This document shows, one piece after another, positions 24,522 through 28,848 of a stretch of DNA of 28,848 nt. The translations under genes were made by a program, and so were the position numbers. Source of the DNA: Thermoleophilaceae bacterium. GTDB taxonomy: Bacteria; Actinomycetota; Thermoleophilia; Solirubrobacterales; Thermoleophilaceae. Within the stretch, counting starts at the first letter, position 1. The number at the start of each line of letters is the position of its first letter. The notes beneath the pieces are model-generated. The model was given only the letters and a program-made list of their open reading frames with translations, made no database searches and was not told the DNA's origin. The stretch lies in the NCBI GenBank assembly GCA_035273245.1, contig DATEPK010000016.1, forward strand, positions 1-28,848. Reading direction: 5' to 3'.

Positions 24522-25013
24522 CTACTCGCCCTCGCCGAGCGCCTTGGCCACCCGGGCGCGCGCCCTGAACAGCCGGCTCGTGATCGTTCCCTGGCGCACC
24601 TTCAGGCTCTTCGCAGCCTCTTCGTAGGAGAGGCCGACTATGTCGATCGCAATTAGCGCCTCTCGCAGCCCATCGGGCAGCTCGGAGATCGCTGCATAGA
24701 CCTGGCGGGTCTCGACGGCTTGTTCGGGCTGCACCGATGACGGCGCCTCGATCGGCGAGATCTCCTCATCCAGCTCGACGGATGTGCTGCGTGCCGCGAG
24801 CGTGCGCCGCTGGCTGAGGAAGACGTTCTTGAGGGTGCGCAGCAGGTACCAGAGATCCTCCTCGCCGCGGAGGAAGCGGGGACGCGCGAGGATCTTCGCG
24901 AACGTGTCCTGCACAAGGTCCTCGGCCTCCTCCCGCGACCCGGTGAGGGCCCACGCTGCGCGATAGAGGCGGTCGAGGTGGTCCCCGAGCCTGTTCGGAT
25001 CGAGCTCACGCAC
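24522..25013 (-). CDS. ECF RNA polymerase sigma factor
   Basis: Region 2 (LYRAAWALTGSREEAEDLVQDTF) and region 4 (LPDGLREAL...GLSYEEAA..L....GTI.SRLFRAR). Confidence 0.92.
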   Translation of the reverse strand: MRELDPNRLGDHLDRLYRAAWALTGSREEAEDLVQDTFAKILARPRFLRGEEDLWYLLRTLKNVFLSQRRTLAARSTSVELDEEISPIEAPSSVQPEQAVETRQVYAAISELPDGLREALIAIDIVGLSYEEAAKSLKVRQGTITSRLFRARARVAKALGEGE

Positions 25014-25050
25014 GAAGCGCGCAGCATATGCGCGGCGCGCGTCGGCGTCC

Positions 25051-25365
25051 CTAAGCGACGATTGTCACGGTGACTGTGCGGCGGCGCGGACGGTCGTCGA
25101 AGTCGAGCAGCACGAGCTGCTGCCATGTGCCCCGCACGAGCCGCCCGTCCTCGATCGGCACGCTCTCGGACGGCCCCACGATCGCCGCGCGGATGTGTGC
25201 GTGCGAGTTCGTGTCGTGGTTCAGCCGGTTGTGCTCGTAGTCGTCCTCGGGCGGCACGAGCCGGACACCGGACGAGCGGATGACGTTCTCGACCCCCTCC
25301 GTGAGGTCGATCACGTCACCGTTGCCCTGTGTGGAGAATTCGAGGCGGCCGCCGTGGACCGCCAC
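25051..25365 (-). CDS. yjbQ: YjbQ/UPF0047 family protein, apparently internally deleted (possible pseudogene)
   Basis: Y.H....D.NSHAHIRA and GTWQQ...DFD motifs are present, but the protein is only 104 aa and the central segment normally between SSGV and RLVP is absent. Confidence 0.75.
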   Translation of the reverse strand: MAVHGGRLEFSTQGNGDVIDLTEGVENVIRSSGVRLVPPEDDYEHNRLNHDTNSHAHIRAAIVGPSESVPIEDGRLVRGTWQQLVLLDFDDRPRRRTVTVTIVA

Positions 25366-26289
25366 CTACCAATCCCCGGAGAACGGCTCCCGCTCGTTCG
25401 TGTGGTGCTCCAGCAGCCCGCGCAGGCGTTCAGCCTCGTCCGGCGCCATCGTGTAGCCGTGCTCCTCCTCCGGATAGCGGCGGTGGCGCACGTCATCCGC
25501 GAAGGCGGTCACGCCGTCGATCATCGCCTGGCGGATGTTCGCGTAGCGCTTGACGAAGCGGGCGGCGTGGCCGTCGAAGATCCCGAGCAGGTCGTGGAAC
25601 ACGAGCACCTGACCGTCCGTGGCCGGGCCCGCGCCGATGCCGATCACCGGCACCTCGAGCCGCTCGTGGACGGCCTCCATGAAGGGTGTGGGAACCGCCT
25701 CGAAAACGATCGCGAAGCAGCCGGCCTCCTGCAGGCCCGCCGCGTCGCGCGCCACCTCGAGCGCACGTTCCGCCGTCCGGCCCTGCGAGCGGTAGCCGCC
25801 GAGAGCCGTGGCGGTCTGCGGCGTAAGGCCGACGTGGCCCATCACCGGGATGCCGGCGTCCACGATCGCGCGCGCCCGCTCCACGGAGCTGCCCCCGCGC
25901 TGGAGCTTCACCGCGTCGCAGCCGGCCTCCTTGATGAAGCGCTGCGCCGTCATCACCGCCTGCTCGTTCGACGCCTCGTACGAGGCGAAGGGCAGATCGC
26001 CGACGAGGAGCGGCGTGCTGAGGCCGCGGCGAACCGCCGAACAAAGCATCAGCATCTCGTCGATCGTCACGGGCACGGTGCTGGGGTAGCCCAGCACGGT
26101 CATCGCGCCCGAGTCGCCCACGAGCACCACGTCCACGCCGGCCTCCTCGGCCACCTGGGCGCTCGGGTAGTCGTAGGCGGTGACCATCACGATCGGCTCG
26201 CCGAGAGCCTTCTTCTCCGCCAGCTTGGTCAGGGTCACGCGCTGGCGCTTGGCCGGCGGGCCAGGGGTTATGCGGGAGCCGGAGCTCAT
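25366..26289 (-). CDS. panB: 3-methyl-2-oxobutanoate hydroxymethyltransferase
   Basis: [34 protein letters not shown]...DGQVLV.HD motifs. Confidence 0.96.
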   Translation of the reverse strand: MSSGSRITPGPPAKRQRVTLTKLAEKKALGEPIVMVTAYDYPSAQVAEEAGVDVVLVGDSGAMTVLGYPSTVPVTIDEMLMLCSAVRRGLSTPLLVGDLPFASYEASNEQAVMTAQRFIKEAGCDAVKLQRGGSSVERARAIVDAGIPVMGHVGLTPQTATALGGYRSQGRTAERALEVARDAAGLQEAGCFAIVFEAVPTPFMEAVHERLEVPVIGIGAGPATDGQVLVFHDLLGIFDGHAARFVKRYANIRQAMIDGVTAFADDVRHRRYPEEEHGYTMAPDEAERLRGLLEHHTNEREPFSGDW

Positions 26290-26672
26290 GAGGCCACCTC
26301 CAGGAGGTCGACATTCGAGTTCACATCGATGATTTGGTTGTCCGCGTTCACGTGCACCACCGTCGGCTCGTACGACTCGAGCTCCTGCTCGTCGTAGGAC
26401 GCGTACGAGACGACGATGATCGTGTCGCCGGTGTGGACGAGCCGGGCGGCTGCACCGTTCACCTTCATCTCGCGCGAGCCGCGCTCGCCGGCGATCGTGT
26501 AGGTCTCGAAGCGGGAGCCGTTGTCCACGTCGAGCACGTGGACGAGCTCGTGCTCGAGGATGTCCGCCGCCTCGAGCAGGTCGGGGTCGACCGTGATCGA
26601 GCCCACGTAGTGAAGGTCCGAGTCGGTGATCCGCGCGCGGTGGATCTTCGACTTGAGCATCTGACGGTTCAT
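26286..26672 (-). CDS. panD: Aspartate 1-decarboxylase
   Basis: [17 protein letters not shown] self-cleavage site, RFETY and NGAAA motifs. Confidence 0.97.
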   Translation of the reverse strand: MNRQMLKSKIHRARITDSDLHYVGSITVDPDLLEAADILEHELVHVLDVDNGSRFETYTIAGERGSREMKVNGAAARLVHTGDTIIVVSYASYDEQELESYEPTVVHVNADNQIIDVNSNVDLLEVAS

Positions 26673-27514
26673 GTGCCTCCCAGCATCGTGTTGTCGATCA
26701 GCCGCGCGCGGCCCACGCGGGCGGCCACGGCAAGCAGGGTCGAGCCATTCACACGCTCGACCGGCGAAAGGTCATCGGCGGAGCGGAGCTCCAGGTATTC
26801 GGGCTCGATCTGCGCGGCATCGAGCTCGGCGCGCGCGGCGGCCAGCACCTTGGCGGCATCGCGCTCGCCGGCGCGCACCGTGTCCTCGGCAGCGCGAAGC
26901 CCGCGCGAGATCGCGGCCGCGCGCTCGCGCTCCTCGTCGCTGAGGTAAGCGTTGCGGGAGCTCAAGGCAAGTCCACTCTCCTCCCGGACGGTCGGGCAAA
27001 CGCGGATCTCCACCGGAATGTTCAGGTCGCGCACGAGCCGCCGGATCACGAGCGCCTGCTGCGCGTCCTTCTGGCCGAAATAGGCGCGGTCCGGCTGCGC
27101 CATGTTGAAGAGCTTGGTGACCACGGTGGTGACGCCGCGGAAGTGCTCGGGACCGCGATGCGCGGGATCGCCCTCGAGTGTCTCGGTGAGGCCGCCGACC
27201 TCGACCGAGGTGTCGAAGCCGTCGGGATAGACCTCCTCCACCGGCGGCGCGAACAGGACGTCCACGCCCTCCTCCTCGGCCTGCGCCGCATCGCGCTGCT
27301 CGTCGCGCGGGTAGGCGCCGAAGTCCTCGCTCGGCCCGAACTGTGCGGGGTTGACGAACAGCGACACCACCACCGTGGCGTTCTCCTCGCGGGCGGCGCG
27401 GATCAGCGAGAGGTGTCCCTCGTGGAAGGCGCCCATGGTCGGCACGAGGCCGACCGGCCGGGATGCGTCGCGAAGCGCCCCGCGCAGCTCCGCCACCGTG
27501 CGGACCACCCTCAT
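26669..27514 (-). CDS. panC: Pantoate-beta-alanine ligase
   Basis: [35 protein letters not shown] and RLIDN motifs. Confidence 0.97.
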   Translation of the reverse strand: MRVVRTVAELRGALRDASRPVGLVPTMGAFHEGHLSLIRAAREENATVVVSLFVNPAQFGPSEDFGAYPRDEQRDAAQAEEEGVDVLFAPPVEEVYPDGFDTSVEVGGLTETLEGDPAHRGPEHFRGVTTVVTKLFNMAQPDRAYFGQKDAQQALVIRRLVRDLNIPVEIRVCPTVREESGLALSSRNAYLSDEERERAAAISRGLRAAEDTVRAGERDAAKVLAAARAELDAAQIEPEYLELRSADDLSPVERVNGSTLLAVAARVGRARLIDNTMLGGT

Positions 27515-28263
27515 GCCGGCACCCTTTGGCGGGCGAGCGCCTGAGCTCGCTCCACCATCACGTCGAAAAGCGCCTCGAGCTGGGGTGCGGTGGCGCGCAC
27601 CGCTTCGCGCTGGGCGGCCACCGTGAGGTCGTCGCCGCGGGCCACGGGGCCCGTCAGTGCCCGCTCGGGCCCGAGCTCGGCCCAGTTCTCGACCGTGGTG
27701 CGGACGAGCGGCGCCAGCGCCGCCCGTGCCTCAGCGGGATCGAGTCCCGCGCCGGCGGCCACCTCCTCCGCCGCCGCCTCGAGCGCCACCAGGAAGTTGG
27801 AGGCGATCGAGGCCGCCGCGTGGTACGCGGGCCGCTGCTCGTCGCTCAGCTCGAACGGCTCCATGCCGAGCGTGCGGGCGATGCCGAGGGCCGCATCCAG
27901 CGCCTCGTCGCTCGTGCCACCCACGGCACATCGGCAGCCGTGAAAGCGCTCGGCGTCGTGGGGCGAGCCGGTGAACGTCTGGAGCGGATGGAGCCCGAAC
28001 AGCCCGCGGGCGCCGGAAGGCTCGAGGGCGGCGAGCCTCGTCGCGCCGCTCGTGTGGCCCACGAGCGAAGCCGCGCGCCCGACAGCGGCGGCGGCCGCCG
28101 GGATCTCGGCATCCGGCACGCACAGCAGGACCGCGTCCACGTTCGCGGGCGTCTCGCCGCGGCCGAGCGGCCCGGCGACGTCGCGTCCCGCGGCGCGCAG
28201 CGCCTCGCTGATGGCCGTGCCGACACGGCCGCGTCCTACGACTCCAATGCGAAGTTCACTCAT
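27511..28263 (-). CDS. Rossmann-like plus DUF2520 oxidoreductase (PanG-type ketopantoate reductase candidate)
   Basis: GVVGRGRVG, LCVPD, HTSGA, LHPLQTF, YHAAA..ASNF and ALTGPVARGD motifs; heads the pan operon. Start set at ATG 28263. Confidence 0.85.
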   Translation of the reverse strand: MSELRIGVVGRGRVGTAISEALRAAGRDVAGPLGRGETPANVDAVLLCVPDAEIPAAAAAVGRAASLVGHTSGATRLAALEPSGARGLFGLHPLQTFTGSPHDAERFHGCRCAVGGTSDEALDAALGIARTLGMEPFELSDEQRPAYHAAASIASNFLVALEAAAEEVAAGAGLDPAEARAALAPLVRTTVENWAELGPERALTGPVARGDDLTVAAQREAVRATAPQLEALFDVMVERAQALARQRVPA

Positions 28264-28268
28264 TTTGC

Positions 28269-28294
28269 GGTCCGTTCCTCTGGGGGTAACGGCC
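28269..28294 (-). promoter_or_regulatory. pan-motif-like RNA hairpin in the 5' UTR of the pan operon
   Basis: GG-CCGUU-A-CC-(CCCAGA)-GG-AACGG-A-CC, a stem with one bulged A on each arm, just downstream of a TAGAAT -10 (28309-28304). Confidence 0.5.
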
Positions 28295-28339
28295 TCACGG
28301 CGAATTCTATCTACCCCCGTGGCTAGGGTTTCACTCCCA

Positions 28340-28848
28340 GTGGGACGTCCCGCCGCAGAGCGCCGAGAGGAGCTCATCGAGCTCTACCGCGAGGTTCAGA
28401 ACTGCCGGCGCTGCCCGCTCTACGCTACCCGCACGCAGGCGGTGTTCGGGTCCGGCAATGCGGACGCTGACCTCATGTTCGTGGGCGAGGCGCCGGGCTT
28501 CCACGAGGACCAGCAGGGCAAGCCGTTCGTGGGCGCCGCCGGCAAGCTGCTGGACAAGCTGCTAGCGGAGATCGGCCTCGCGCGCGAGGACGTGTTCATC
28601 GCGAACGTGCTCAAGTCGCGGCCGCCCGGCAACCGCGATCCCCAGCCCGAGGAGATCGAGGCATGCAAGCCGTACCTCTCGCGCCAGATCGAGCTGATCG
28701 AGCCGCGCGTGATCTGCACGCTCGGAAACTTCTCCACAAAGCTCCTCACCCGCCGCCAGGACGGCATCACGCGCGTGCACGGCCGGCCGCAGGACCATGT
28801 GATCGCGGGCCTTCCGATCCGGATCTACCCGATCTACCACCCGGCCGC
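28340..28848 (+). CDS. Uracil-DNA glycosylase family 4 (partial, runs off the window)
   Basis: Translated by hand from GTG 28340: [44 protein letters not shown]. Not in the ORF track because there is no stop codon in the window. Confidence 0.92.
   Translation, partial: MGRPAAERREELIELYREVQNCRRCPLYATRTQAVFGSGNADADLMFVGEAPGFHEDQQGKPFVGAAGKLLDKLLAEIGLAREDVFIANVLKSRPPGNRDPQPEEIEACKPYLSRQIELIEPRVICTLGNFSTKLLTRRQDGITRVHGRPQDHVIAGLPIRIYPIYHPA

Noticed and set aside
28340..28848. UdgX assignment
   Set aside because: Has GEAPG rather than GEQPG and lacks the KRRIH loop.

Overview
High-GC chromosomal window from an actinobacterium, most likely class Thermoleophilia (Solirubrobacterales-like; inferred from gene set, synteny and protein style). 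The backbone is housekeeping: rpsA-coaE-lytic transglycosylase, uvrB, ftsH, a DivIVA-domain gene, uvrA with a LexA box, a panG-like-panC-panD-panB operon and a family-4 uracil-DNA glycosylase. Signalling modules are interspersed: a stressosome operon (rsbR-S-T-X plus a GAF/PP2C/HATPase output), an HD-GYP protein and a convergent ECF sigma/anti-sigma pair. The most striking element is a two-gene module between the coaE operon and uvrB: an exported subtilisin-like (S8) protease ending in five identical SANRW pentapeptides, followed by a multi-TM GAF-GGDEF-EAL receptor. This is a candidate peptide-to-c-di-GMP signalling system. Both genes and the distant HD-GYP gene carry sigma28/WhiG-type promoters (TAAA-N15-GCCGATAA-like). 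Other leads: a ~270-nt structured candidate ncRNA at 23317-23586, a pan-motif-like hairpin before the pan operon, an internally deleted yjbQ, substitutions at conserved ligands in PanB and UDG, heptamer repeats, and many apparently leaderless genes. No rRNA, tRNA, CRISPR array, transposase or integrase was seen. All calls are from reading the sequence; no searches were run.
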